A stretch of 64,000 nt of DNA from contig DXMF01000022.1 of the NCBI GenBank assembly GCA_019414345.1, forward strand, positions 80,112 through 144,111, in the 5' to 3' direction. The notes beneath the pieces were generated by a model. It did not search any database, was not told where the DNA came from, and saw only the letters and a program-made list of their open reading frames with translations. Of the stretch, positions 40,553 to 50,854 are shown piece by piece. Each line of letters opens with the position of its first letter. The stretch's first letter is position 1. The translations under genes were made by a program, and so were the position numbers. Source of the stretch: Collinsella sp. GTDB taxonomy: Bacteria > Actinomycetota > Coriobacteriia > Coriobacteriales > Coriobacteriaceae.

Positions 40553-42517
40553 ATGGCAGAGAACCAGAACGCCGCAGATCAGGCATCGACGCTCAACGAC
40601 GAGCGCGCCACCCGCCTGGCCAAGCGCGCCGCCCTGTTCGAGGCGGGCCAGAACCCCTATCCCGAGCACTCTGAGCTTGAGGACTACGTTGCCGATATCG
40701 AGGCTAAGTATGCCGAGCTTGCCGATGGCGAGGACACCGAGGACGTCGTGAAGATCGCCGGCCGTGTGGTCGCCAAGCGCGGTCAGGGCAAGATTATGTT
40801 CATCGTCGTGCGCGATGCGACTGCCGAGATTCAGCTGTTCTGCCGCATCAATGGCATGGACGAGACCGCTTGGAACACGCTCAAGGCCCTCGACCTTGGC
40901 GATATCCTGGGCGTGACCGGCGTGGTCGTGCGCACCCAGCGCGGCCAGCTTTCCGTTGCCCCTAAGAGTGCGACCCTGCTTGCCAAGGCCGTTCGTCCGC
41001 TGCCCGAGAAGTTCCACGGCCTCTCCGACAAGGAGACCCGCTATCGCCAGCGCTATGTCGACCTGATCGCCAACGACGACGTTCGCGAGACCTTCCGTAA
41101 GCGTTCGCAGATTCTCTCCACCTTCCGTCGTTTTATGGAGTCCGACGGCTACATGGAGGTCGAGACCCCCATCTTGCAGACCATCCAGGGCGGCGCTACG
41201 GCTAAGCCGTTCATCACGCACTTCAACGCGCTCGATCAGGAGTGCTACCTGCGTATTGCCACCGAGCTGCACCTCAAGCGCTGCATCGTCGGCGGTTTTG
41301 AGCGCGTGTTCGAGATCGGCCGTATCTTCCGTAACGAGGGCATGGACCTTACCCACAACCCCGAGTTCACCACGATGGAGGCCTACCGTGCCTTCTCCGA
41401 CCTCGAGGGCATGAAGGCGCTCGCCCAGGGTGTCATCAAGGCGGCTAACAAGGCCATCGGCAACCCCGAGGTTATCGAGTACCAGGGCCAGACCATCGAC
41501 CTTTCTGGTGAGTGGGCCAGCCGTCCCATGACCGACATCGTCTCCGACGTGCTCGGCAAGCAGGTCACCATCGACACGCCGGTCGAGGAGCTTGCTGCCG
41601 CCGCGCGCGAGAAGGGCCTGGAGATTAAGCCCGAGTGGACTGCTGGCAAGATCATCGCCGAGATTTACGATGAGCTGGGCGAGGACACCATCGTCAACCC
41701 CACGTTCGTGTGCGATTACCCCATCGAGGTCAGCCCGCTTGCCAAGCGCTTTGAGGACGATCCGCGCCTGACGCATCGCTTTGAGCTGGTTATCGCCGGT
41801 CACGAGTACGCCAACGCGTTCTCCGAGCTCAACGACCCGGTCGACCAGGCCGAGCGCTTTGCCGCCCAGATGGCCGAGAAGGCTGGCGGCGACGACGAGG
41901 CCATGGAGTACGACGAGGACTACGTGCGCGCCCTCGAGTACGGTATGCCTCCTGCGGGCGGCATCGGCATCGGTATCGACCGCGTGGTCATGCTGCTCAC
42001 CAACCAGGCTTCCATCCGCGACGTGCTACTGTTCCCGCACATGAAGCCCGAGAAGGGTTTCCAGTCCGGTGCCGCTGCCGCCAAGGCTGCCGAGGCCGGC
42101 AACGCCGCGAGCCCCTTCGTCAAGCCGCTCAAGCCCACGGTTGATTATTCCAAGATTGCCGTCGAGCCGCTGTTTGAGGAGTTCGTCGACTTTGATACCT
42201 TCTCCAAGAGCGACTTCCGCGCCGTGAAGGTCAAGGCATGCGAGGCCGTCAAGAAGTCCAAGAAGCTGCTGAACTTTACGCTCGACGACGGCACCGGCAC
42301 CGACCGTACCATCCTCTCCGGCATTCACGGTTATTATGAGCCCGAGGACCTGGTCGGCAAGACCTTGCTCGCCATCACCAATCTGCCGCCGCGCAAGATG
42401 ATGGGCATTCCCAGCTGCGGCATGCTCATCAGCGCTATCCACGAGGAGGATGGTGAGGAGCGTCTCAACCTGATCCAGCTCGACGCCTCCATCCCCGCCG
42501 GCGCAAAGATGTACTAA
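40553..42517 (+). CDS. lysS: Lysyl-tRNA synthetase (class II) with extra C-terminal tRNA-binding OB domain
   Basis: RYRQRY, FRNEG, HNPEFT and GIGIDR motifs, followed by a ~130-aa MetRS-C/Trbp111-like tail. Confidence 0.97.
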   Translation: MAENQNAADQASTLNDERATRLAKRAALFEAGQNPYPEHSELEDYVADIEAKYAELADGEDTEDVVKIAGRVVAKRGQGKIMFIVVRDATAEIQLFCRINGMDETAWNTLKALDLGDILGVTGVVVRTQRGQLSVAPKSATLLAKAVRPLPEKFHGLSDKETRYRQRYVDLIANDDVRETFRKRSQILSTFRRFMESDGYMEVETPILQTIQGGATAKPFITHFNALDQECYLRIATELHLKRCIVGGFERVFEIGRIFRNEGMDLTHNPEFTTMEAYRAFSDLEGMKALAQGVIKAANKAIGNPEVIEYQGQTIDLSGEWASRPMTDIVSDVLGKQVTIDTPVEELAAAAREKGLEIKPEWTAGKIIAEIYDELGEDTIVNPTFVCDYPIEVSPLAKRFEDDPRLTHRFELVIAGHEYANAFSELNDPVDQAERFAAQMAEKAGGDDEAMEYDEDYVRALEYGMPPAGGIGIGIDRVVMLLTNQASIRDVLLFPHMKPEKGFQSGAAAAKAAEAGNAASPFVKPLKPTVDYSKIAVEPLFEEFVDFDTFSKSDFRAVKVKACEAVKKSKKLLNFTLDDGTGTDRTILSGIHGYYEPEDLVGKTLLAITNLPPRKMMGIPSCGMLISAIHEEDGEERLNLIQLDASIPAGAKMY

Positions 42518-42837
42518 TTGGTTCCGCCGTTCTACCGAACGGCGGACCGGCCGACGCTGCGCGGGCCGCATTTGGACAATCTGACGTTCAATTTCAAGGG
42601 CGCGACCAGAAGGTCAGCGCCCTTTCGTTTCACGTCACCTTGTCTCAAATGCGGCCCGCTCGCTGACGTTGCCAATACATTGGCGTTGCCTTGGCCGTCA
42701 ATAGTCATTGGGGACGTTCTTAAACGACTACCCAACGGCTATTGAGCACATGGCTCGCATGGCAGCCGTCTCTTTTATGTTTCCTTTAGCCGTCGCTGCC
42801 TAGGATGGGGGTTAGTCGGTAGGAAGGGAGCGTCTAT

Positions 42838-44406
42838 ATGGACGACGCGAGCGAGCGTGCAATCGAAGAGGACATGCTCGATCAGTTCAATTACTTTGAC
42901 GATGAGGATGAGGAGCTAATCGATCGTCGCGAGCCGGCATCGCTTGACTCATTTGATCTGGTCGATGAAGAGCCCGACGAGGACGAGGGCGAATCGGCGG
43001 AGCCCTCACAGCCTTCGCGCCTTAACTCGCTGCTTTCGAGAGCCCCCATGCACCACGGCGTTCGTGCCGGCGCGCTCCATATGAAAACTGACTGGCACCA
43101 GATCGTGACGGCAGGCGATGAGCTTGCCGTCGATGCGCCGCTCACCGATAAATCATCCATCATCTGCCGCACCGGCATGCTTATGCTGGCAAGCGGAACG
43201 GGTGCCTGGCGTGTTCGCGATACCATGAATCGTGTCGCCGCCGTACTCGGTGTGACCATCCACGTTGACTTAAGTCTCCTGTCGTTTGAGTGTACTTGCA
43301 TCGAAGATGGTCACTGCTTTAATGAGGTCGTCAGCTTGCCCACAACGGGCGTCAATACCCATCGCATTTGGATGATGGAGAGTTTCCTCAAGGAAATCGA
43401 GACCTATGGTCGTCGCTTCACGGTACACGAGTATCACGAGATGCTCAAGACCGTTGAGAGTTCAAAACCTGATTACGCGCCTTGGCAACAGGGCCTTGCG
43501 GCGGCCTGCGCCTGTGGCGCCTTCGTTTTTTTGCTCGGCGGCGGCCCTATCGAGATGGCCTGCGCGTTCGTGGGCGCGGGTGTCGGCAACTTTGCCCGCT
43601 CCCATATTCTCAAGCAAGGCCTTGGTCAGTTCAGCGCGCTGACGACCGGCGTTGCGCTCGCTTGCGTTTCGTATCTGCTGGCATTGCTCGGCCTTGGCCA
43701 GGTCATACCGGGGGCAATGTCGCACCAAGAAGGCTATATCGGCGCCATGCTCTTTGTGATTCCCGGCTTTCCACTCATTACGGCAGGCCTCGACATCGCT
43801 AAGCTCGACATGCGAAGCGGTATCGAGCGCCTTTCATATGCCGTATCGATTATTGTGATGGCGACCCTCGTAGGTTGGATGGTTGCCGAGTGTGTTGGCC
43901 TGGCGCCGGACGACTTTGCCCCACTGGGCCTTTCGCCGCTTGCCCTTACGCTCCTGCGCGTGGTGATGAGCTTCGTTGGCGTATTCGGCTTCTCGGTGAT
44001 GTTCAACAGCCCGGTAAAGATGGCCGCGGCAGCTGGGTTGATCGGCGCCGTGTCCAATACCCTGCGTCTGACCCTTGTCGATGCGCCGACGATGATTCCC
44101 TTCCTGGGCCTCAGCACGGGAATGCCTCCCGAGGCAGCAGCGTTTATCGGCGCGCTGGTATCGGGGCTGCTCGCAAGCTTGGCTGAAGTCAAGCTCACCT
44201 ACCCGCGCATCGCCCTCACGGTGCCTTCGATTGTCATTATGGTGCCGGGCTTGTATCTGTATCGCTCGATGTATTACATGTGCACCTTCGACACGGTCAA
44301 TATGCTCGGCTGGTTTGTGCGCGCAGTGCTCATCGTAGCGTTTCTGCCCGTTGGACTGGGTGTGGCGCGTACGCTCACCGACCCTCGCTGGCGCCACACC
44401 AGCTAA
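42838..44406 (+). CDS. Threonine/serine exporter ThrE family protein
   Basis: G...WRV, IPGFPL and MVPG motifs; ~10 TM helices. Confidence 0.85.
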   Translation: MDDASERAIEEDMLDQFNYFDDEDEELIDRREPASLDSFDLVDEEPDEDEGESAEPSQPSRLNSLLSRAPMHHGVRAGALHMKTDWHQIVTAGDELAVDAPLTDKSSIICRTGMLMLASGTGAWRVRDTMNRVAAVLGVTIHVDLSLLSFECTCIEDGHCFNEVVSLPTTGVNTHRIWMMESFLKEIETYGRRFTVHEYHEMLKTVESSKPDYAPWQQGLAAACACGAFVFLLGGGPIEMACAFVGAGVGNFARSHILKQGLGQFSALTTGVALACVSYLLALLGLGQVIPGAMSHQEGYIGAMLFVIPGFPLITAGLDIAKLDMRSGIERLSYAVSIIVMATLVGWMVAECVGLAPDDFAPLGLSPLALTLLRVVMSFVGVFGFSVMFNSPVKMAAAAGLIGAVSNTLRLTLVDAPTMIPFLGLSTGMPPEAAAFIGALVSGLLASLAEVKLTYPRIALTVPSIVIMVPGLYLYRSMYYMCTFDTVNMLGWFVRAVLIVAFLPVGLGVARTLTDPRWRHTS

Positions 44407-44442
44407 TTGGTACAAGGGGGACAGGTTACTTTGCACCAAATG

Positions 44443-44511
44443 AGTTGCGGTGAAATAGGGACTGAATTGCTGCTTAAAGGGTCAAAACAGTCCGTATTCC
44501 ACCGCAACTTA
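44443..44511. repeat. 69-bp element with terminal inverted repeats, copy 2
   Basis: AGTTGCGGTGAAATAG...GTATTCCACCGCAACTTA. Confidence 0.8.
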
Positions 44512-44710
44512 TGGGGTCGGGGGATTATCGGTGCCCTGCATCTTCATAAACTCAACGCTTACGAAGCGCATGCGTTTCGTGCTAGGCTGGTTCCACCACA
44601 TAAGTAGTCGCAGACGCGCGTACCACGGGCGGGCGAGATGAAGTCCCAACAGCTCCATCTTGCCCGCCCGTTTTTGTTGCGTGGTGCCGCGGCGTAACAC
44701 AGAAAGGACA

Positions 44711-45268
44711 ATGCCCTTTATGCCTATCAACAAACGAGAGAGCCTGCTGTTCACCTTTATCATGTGCTTTTGCATGGTGCTCTGGATGAGCATCTACAAC
44801 GTTGCCCTGCAGCATGGGGCCATCAACGGCGAGGTTGTTGCCGCCGCGTGGCTCGGCTTCCCCGTTGCCTACATTTTTGCCATGTGCTGCGACTGGTTTG
44901 TTGCCAGCCCCCTTGCCAAGGGTTTCGCCTTTAAATTCCTGGTCACGCCGGGCAAGAGTTCGCCGCTTGCCATGACGCTCGCCGTCAGCTCCTGCATGGT
45001 CGTTCCCATGGTCATCATCATGTCGCTGTACGGTGCCTGTGAGGGTCTGACGCACATGCCCGGCGGCATCCTTGCGAACCTGTATTCCATGCCCGCGATC
45101 TGGATGATCAACATCCCGCATAATTTTGTGATGGCGCTGCCGTGGAACCTTTTGGTAGCCGGTCCGATTTCCCGCTTCGTCTTCCGTCGCGCCTTCCCTG
45201 TGGGGACGGTTTTCGAGGAGGAGCATGCCGAGCTCTTGGAGCAGGCTATGGCTCCTGAGTGCGAGTAG
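44711..45268 (+). CDS. DUF2798-like membrane protein
   Basis: MP.NKRE..LF and NF.MALP..L.VAGP motifs; AAAGGA RBS. Confidence 0.7.
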   Translation: MPFMPINKRESLLFTFIMCFCMVLWMSIYNVALQHGAINGEVVAAAWLGFPVAYIFAMCCDWFVASPLAKGFAFKFLVTPGKSSPLAMTLAVSSCMVVPMVIIMSLYGACEGLTHMPGGILANLYSMPAIWMINIPHNFVMALPWNLLVAGPISRFVFRRAFPVGTVFEEEHAELLEQAMAPECE

Positions 45269-45434
45269 CTCGCTTAGGGATCTGCTGAGCGCGGGCGACT
45301 TGCTTGGTTGGAGCCCAAAGCGTGGATAGCTCTCTCGGCGACATCGCGGGCGTGAGCGGTGCGCATGACCGGAGGGCCCGTGCTGCTCCGTTGCCCGACG
45401 TGCTAGCGCGCAGAACAATCTGTTGGTGCATTCG

Positions 45435-45467
45435 GCGGCTGCTGAAGCGTTTCGGCAGCCGCTTTTT
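45435..45467 (+). terminator. Intrinsic terminator
   Basis: GCGGCTGCTGAA/TTCGGCAGCCGC stem followed by TTTTT. Confidence 0.75.
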
Positions 45468-45479
45468 ATACGGAGTTTA

Positions 45480-45500
45480 AATACAACAGTCTGTTGTATT
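45480..45500. promoter_or_regulatory. Perfect palindrome, probable TetR operator
   Basis: AATACAACAG-T-CTGTTGTATT, ~50 bp upstream of the activase gene. Confidence 0.7.
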
Positions 45501-45549
45501 ACGTAGAGTGGTATATCTCTAGCGGGAAAAATGCGAGAGACGGAGCATT

Positions 45550-48500
45550 ATGGCGTTGCTAGTAGGACTGGACGTAGGGTCGACGACGACCAAAGTTTAC
45601 GCGATGCACGAGGATATGACCGAGGCGTGGTGGGGATATCGCCGCCACGGGGCGTGTCAGACAGCGAGCGTGCGCGCCATGCTCGGCGAGCTCGCCGAGC
45701 GCTTTCCCCATGAGTCACTGCGCGTTGCGGTGACCGGCTCGGGTGCGCGCGATATCGCGACCGCGCTGGGCGCCTCGTACGTTCAGGAGGTGGTCGCCAA
45801 CGCGCTCGCGATCAGCAGGTTCTATCCGCAGACGCGCTGCGCCATCGAGCTGGGCGGCCAAGACGCCAAGATGATCTTCTTCCGCACCAACGATAAGGGA
45901 GACATCGAGGTTGCCGACATGCGCATGAACGGCTCGTGCGCAGGCGGTACCGGTGAATTTATCGACGAGATGGCAAAGCTCATGGGGGTCGGCACCGAAT
46001 CGGGCGAGTTCGAGCAGCTCGCAAGCCGGGGAACGACCGTCCACGAGGTCTCGGGCCGCTGCGGCGTGTACGCAAAGACCGATATCCAGCCGCTGCTCAA
46101 CGAGGGCATTCCTACCACCGACCTGGCGCTTTCGGCGCTTCACGCGGTCGCCCGCCAAACGATCGGCGGTCTGGCCCAGGGTATCGACATCGAGCCGCCG
46201 GTAATCTTCGAGGGCGGTACGCTCGCCTACAACCCCACACTGGTCCGCGTGTTCCGGGAGCAACTGAATCTATCGGACGATCAGGTTATCGTCCCGCGCG
46301 ATCCGCAGATCATGGTCGCGCGCGGTGCCGCCCTGTCGCTGACCGACATGTTCGCATCGTCCCAACCGATCGACCTTCCCGACGCTTTTGTCCGGCTGGA
46401 TAAGCTCGAGACGGTCGCGCCCGCAAGCGGGGAGGGACGTCTTGCCCAGCCCTTTTTTGCCACACCTGCCGAGCAGGCGGATTTTACGGCACGCCATGGC
46501 AAAGAGACGCCGGCAAAGGGTCCGGATGCGTATGCGCCCGGAGAGACGGTGCGTGTGGCGCTCGGTATCGATTCGGGGAGCACGACGACCAAGTTCGCCC
46601 TGGTCGATGAGGCGGGTGAGCTTGTCGATTCGTTCTACGCGTCTAATAACGGCAGACCGCTCGACGTCGCCCAACAGGGTCTTGTCAGCTTGAAGAACCG
46701 CTGGGAGACAGCGGGAGTCACGCTTGCGATCGATGCCGTGGGCACCACGGGATACGGCGAGGAGCTTTTCGCGCGCGCGTTCCACGCCGACTACCATACG
46801 GTCGAGACGGTCGCGCACGCCCGCGCCGCGTGCGCATACGTTCCCGATGCGACCTTCGTGCTCGACATCGGCGGACAGGATATGAAGGCCATCTGGCTCA
46901 ACCACGGCGTGCTGACCGATATCGTCGTCAACGAGGCGTGCTCTGCGGGCTGCGGCTCGTTCCTCGAGGGTTTTGCCAAAAACCTCGGAATAGCCGTTGA
47001 GGATATCGCGACCGAGGCATTTTCGTCCAAAGCCCCCGCCGTTCTCGGCAGCCGCTGCACGGTGTTCATGAACAGCAGCGTCGTTTCCGAGCAGCGGCGC
47101 GGTAAGGGTCCGGGCGACATCATGGCCGGTCTCTGCCGTTCGATTATCGAGAACGTGTTCACCAAGGTCATTCGCGTTTCAAATCTCAACCGTCTGGGCG
47201 ACAAAGTCGTCGTCCAGGGCGGCACGTTCCGAAACGACGCGGTGCTGCGCGCATTCGAGCAGTATCTGGGCAAACCCGTCACGCGTGCGCCCCACCCGGG
47301 GCTGATGGGCGCTATCGGTATCGCCCTGCTCGCGCGCGAGGAATGCCGCAAGGGCGACGCCGGCACGTCGTTTATCGGGCTCGATGCCGTGGAGCGCTTC
47401 GAGCATCGCGAGTTCGGCGGCGTTACCTGCCGTCGGTGCAACAACCGCTGCCAGCGCGCGGTCGTGGCATTTGGCGACGGCTCGCTTTACGTCACGGGCA
47501 ATCGCTGCCCGCGCGGCGGCGCCATCTCATGGGATGAGCTCGTGCGCAAGGTTCCCGCGGCGGAGGAGCTGCGTCCGCAGGGTGCTTGCGAGGCACAGGC
47601 GCCCGCCACGGGGCGCGACCGGACCGCGGCTGCCCCCAATCTCTTTGTCGACCGCGAGAAGCTGCTGTTCGAGTCGTACCCCACGGTTCTCGTCTGCGGG
47701 GGGCGCGATGTCACGATCGGCATTCCCCGTGTGCTCGAGTTCTGGGACACCATGCCGTTCTGGTCGACGTTCTTCAGCACGCTCGGCTTTAAGGTGCGCG
47801 TCTCGGGACGCAGCACCAAGGCGATGTACGAGCGCGGTCTGGCGCACGTCACATCCGACACCGTGTGCTTCCCGGCCAAGCTCGTCCACGGGCACATCCG
47901 CAATCTCGTCGACGCCGGCGTCGACCGCATCTTCATGCCCATCATCACGACGGTGCCCACCGAAAACACCGCCTCTACCAGCGAGTGGATGTGCGCCGTC
48001 GTAAAGGGATACCCCTACGTGATGCGCAATTCCGATAACCCGGAGGAGCGTTTCGGCGTTCCGTTCGATACGCCGCTGTTCCACTGGTACGACGAGGGCG
48101 ACCGAAACCGCCAGCTCAAGGCGTGGTGCAAGGAGACCTTCGATATCGATGCCGACCTGGTTGCCAAGGCGACCGAGCAGGCGGACCGCGCGCAGCAGAC
48201 GTTTGAGAACCAGCTGCAGCTGCGCGGCAGGCAGGTGCTCGAGAACCTGCGCGAGGACGGCGGCTACGCGGTGGTGATCGCTTCGCGCCCGTACCACAAC
48301 GACCCGCTGGTCAACCACGGGCTGCCCAAGCTCTTCTCTGAGCGCGGCATCCCCGTGCTGACGCCCGATGCGGTGCCGGGGGTCTGCAACGTCGACCTTT
48401 CCAACAGCCGCATCGACATCGTGAACAACTACCATGCGCGCATGCTGTCGTGCGCGGTCATCGTCGCATCGACGCCCGAGCTCGAGCTCGTGCAGATGGG

Positions 48501-49989
48501 CAGCTTCGGCTGCGGCCACGATGCGTATCTCACCGACGAGATCGCGCGCATGATGGGCGAGATGGGCTCCAAGGTTCCGATGATGATCAAGCTCGATGAG
48601 AGCGACGTCGCCGGTCCCATGGGCATTCGCGTGCGTTCGTTTATCGAGTCGGTCAACCGTCGTCGCGCGGAGGAGCGTGCCGAGGGCGCCCGGGTGCACG
48701 CGGTCCATCCGCTCGACGACCCGTATAAGGTCAAGTACACCAAGCGCGACCGGCACGACAAGATCGCGCTGGTCCCCAACACCTCCCATGCGTTCTGCAG
48801 GCTCATGACCGCGGCGATGCGCAATCAGGGCGTGCGCGCCGAGGCCCTTGATATCGGGCGCGAGGATGCCATCCGCCTGGGCAAACGCTATGTGCACAAC
48901 GACATCTGCTTCCCCGCGCAAATCGTGATCGGCGAGGCGCTCGCGGCACTCGAGAGCGGTAAGTACGACCCGCACGACGTCGCCGTGGTGACTGGCAAGT
49001 ATATCGGCGACTGCCGCCTGACGCACTACATGCCCCTGCTGCGCCGCGCGCTCGACGACGCGGGATACGACTATGTCCCGGTGCTCACCAACGACGACGT
49101 CGATGCCCACAATGCGCATCCGGGCTTCAAGCTCGGCCTTGGCCCGAGCATCCAGATCGCCTACGGTCTTCCCATAATCGATGCCCTCGAGGCCATGCTT
49201 AGGCGCATCCGTCCCTACGAGCTCGAGAAGGGCGCGGCGGACGCTGCGTTCGACCGCGCGCTCGATGAGGTTATCGAGGGCATGGAGCGCTCCGGGCTGA
49301 GAGGCCAGGCGACGGGCTTCAAACGCGCGCTTGCGATCATGGACGCCGTTCCGTACGACCGCTCGAACCCGCATCCGACCGTTCTCATCGTGGGCGAGTA
49401 CCTGCTCAATTTCCATCTCGGCGCCAACCACGAGATCGAGCGCTACCTCGAGGACAACGGGCTCGAGGTCATCGAGGCGCGCATGACCGACGTGATCCGC
49501 AAGACCTATTTCTACAAGCATGCGCAGTCGCGCGAGTTCCACGTCGACCTGTCGCTGCCCGAAAAGGCCTGGTACGCCACGGCGGACAACCTGTTCGAGC
49601 TCGCGCACGACCGTTGCGACCGCCTGGGCGCGGCGAGCCCGCTCTACGAGCCGCCGACGCGCATGCCCGAGCTCGTGCGCGCGAGCGATAAGATCCTGCA
49701 CCATACGTTCGATGCGGGCGAGGGCGTGCTGATTCCGGCGGAGATTCTCGAGCACGCCAAGCGCGGCTGCCGCAACTTCGTGATCCTGCAGCCGTTCGGG
49801 TGTCTGCCCAACCATGTCGTGGGGCGCGGGCTCATCCATGCGCTCAAGGAGCAGTATCCCACGGCGCAGTTCCTGCCGCTCGACTACGATCCCGACGTGA
49901 GCTTCGCCAACGTGGAGAACCGTCTTCAGATGCTCATCATGAACGCCAAGGCGCAGGGGTGCGGTGAGGCGCATGGCGAGACCGCGTAA
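45550..49989 (+). CDS. Fused acyl-CoA dehydratase activase (two BadF/BadG/BcrA/BcrD ATPase domains) plus DUF2229-type domains
   Basis: Two D.GSTTTK and GGQD.K motifs; MNGSCAGG, NEACSAGCG, CFPAK and PFGCLPNH. Confidence 0.88.
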   Translation: MALLVGLDVGSTTTKVYAMHEDMTEAWWGYRRHGACQTASVRAMLGELAERFPHESLRVAVTGSGARDIATALGASYVQEVVANALAISRFYPQTRCAIELGGQDAKMIFFRTNDKGDIEVADMRMNGSCAGGTGEFIDEMAKLMGVGTESGEFEQLASRGTTVHEVSGRCGVYAKTDIQPLLNEGIPTTDLALSALHAVARQTIGGLAQGIDIEPPVIFEGGTLAYNPTLVRVFREQLNLSDDQVIVPRDPQIMVARGAALSLTDMFASSQPIDLPDAFVRLDKLETVAPASGEGRLAQPFFATPAEQADFTARHGKETPAKGPDAYAPGETVRVALGIDSGSTTTKFALVDEAGELVDSFYASNNGRPLDVAQQGLVSLKNRWETAGVTLAIDAVGTTGYGEELFARAFHADYHTVETVAHARAACAYVPDATFVLDIGGQDMKAIWLNHGVLTDIVVNEACSAGCGSFLEGFAKNLGIAVEDIATEAFSSKAPAVLGSRCTVFMNSSVVSEQRRGKGPGDIMAGLCRSIIENVFTKVIRVSNLNRLGDKVVVQGGTFRNDAVLRAFEQYLGKPVTRAPHPGLMGAIGIALLAREECRKGDAGTSFIGLDAVERFEHREFGGVTCRRCNNRCQRAVVAFGDGSLYVTGNRCPRGGAISWDELVRKVPAAEELRPQGACEAQAPATGRDRTAAAPNLFVDREKLLFESYPTVLVCGGRDVTIGIPRVLEFWDTMPFWSTFFSTLGFKVRVSGRSTKAMYERGLAHVTSDTVCFPAKLVHGHIRNLVDAGVDRIFMPIITTVPTENTASTSEWMCAVVKGYPYVMRNSDNPEERFGVPFDTPLFHWYDEGDRNRQLKAWCKETFDIDADLVAKATEQADRAQQTFENQLQLRGRQVLENLREDGGYAVVIASRPYHNDPLVNHGLPKLFSERGIPVLTPDAVPGVCNVDLSNSRIDIVNNYHARMLSCAVIVASTPELELVQMGSFGCGHDAYLTDEIARMMGEMGSKVPMMIKLDESDVAGPMGIRVRSFIESVNRRRAEERAEGARVHAVHPLDDPYKVKYTKRDRHDKIALVPNTSHAFCRLMTAAMRNQGVRAEALDIGREDAIRLGKRYVHNDICFPAQIVIGEALAALESGKYDPHDVAVVTGKYIGDCRLTHYMPLLRRALDDAGYDYVPVLTNDDVDAHNAHPGFKLGLGPSIQIAYGLPIIDALEAMLRRIRPYELEKGAADAAFDRALDEVIEGMERSGLRGQATGFKRALAIMDAVPYDRSNPHPTVLIVGEYLLNFHLGANHEIERYLEDNGLEVIEARMTDVIRKTYFYKHAQSREFHVDLSLPEKAWYATADNLFELAHDRCDRLGAASPLYEPPTRMPELVRASDKILHHTFDAGEGVLIPAEILEHAKRGCRNFVILQPFGCLPNHVVGRGLIHALKEQYPTAQFLPLDYDPDVSFANVENRLQMLIMNAKAQGCGEAHGETA

Positions 49990-50662
49990 GGACGCCGATG
50001 CGCCCGATGCACGCACCCGTATCATCGAGGCGTTTTGGGAGCTCATCGAGAACAACAGCATCTTCGAGCTGTCGGTTGGCGAGGTGACCCGCGCCGCCCA
50101 GTGCAATCGCGGAACGTTTTACTACTATTTTCACGATTTCGATGAACTCGTCGCCATCGCCATAGCCCAGCTGCTGCAGGATAACGAGCTCATCACCGAT
50201 GCCCTCTGGCATTTTTCGAGCGAGGGCGACCTTTCGGCGTTCGACCGGCGCGACGTCCGCTGCCTGCTGCGGCGCATCGTCATCACCATGAGGGCGGGTG
50301 CCGCCGAGCAGGTCGTGCAGGGCATCCATACGATCATCATCGACCGCGTGAGAGAGATCGTCCACCCCGACGGAGAAGAGCTCAAGGCAGATTCGAGCTT
50401 TGCGGTGGGCTTTCTGGTCTCGGGCATCATGGGCTTTGTGATGGCGGTCGGCTTTGCCCGGGAGGGCGGCGAGGAGATAGACCTCGAGCAGCCGGGGGAC
50501 AGCGCGTGCGCGTACCTGAGGGCGGTCGCCATGCAGACGGTGGAAACGGTCGCGCAAGTCGAGGGCGTCGATACATCCGAGCTGCTCGAACGCGTCTCCA
50601 AGGAGGCCGATGCCTATCGCGCATCGCGTGCGACGAGTCCCGACGTGGTGAAAGACGCCTAG
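49973..50662 (+). CDS. TetR/AcrR family regulator
   Basis: N-terminal HTH with SVGEV..AA..NRGTFYYYF; overlaps the upstream stop. Confidence 0.88.
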   Translation: MARPRKDADAPDARTRIIEAFWELIENNSIFELSVGEVTRAAQCNRGTFYYYFHDFDELVAIAIAQLLQDNELITDALWHFSSEGDLSAFDRRDVRCLLRRIVITMRAGAAEQVVQGIHTIIIDRVREIVHPDGEELKADSSFAVGFLVSGIMGFVMAVGFAREGGEEIDLEQPGDSACAYLRAVAMQTVETVAQVEGVDTSELLERVSKEADAYRASRATSPDVVKDA

Positions 50663-50854
50663 GGTTTCTCTTGCGGGGCGCCTGTCGCGCATCGCGCGGT
50701 GAGTCCCGCGATGCGGTCATAACCTGCATTCATGTGAGCCGGGTTTATAGATATTCCTCCAGCTGTTAACATAGACAACCTGTGGGTAAAGAGACAAAAG
50801 CGCCGCCGACGGGCGGGCGTTTTGATTTCGATGAACTCATGTAAGGAAACGAGC

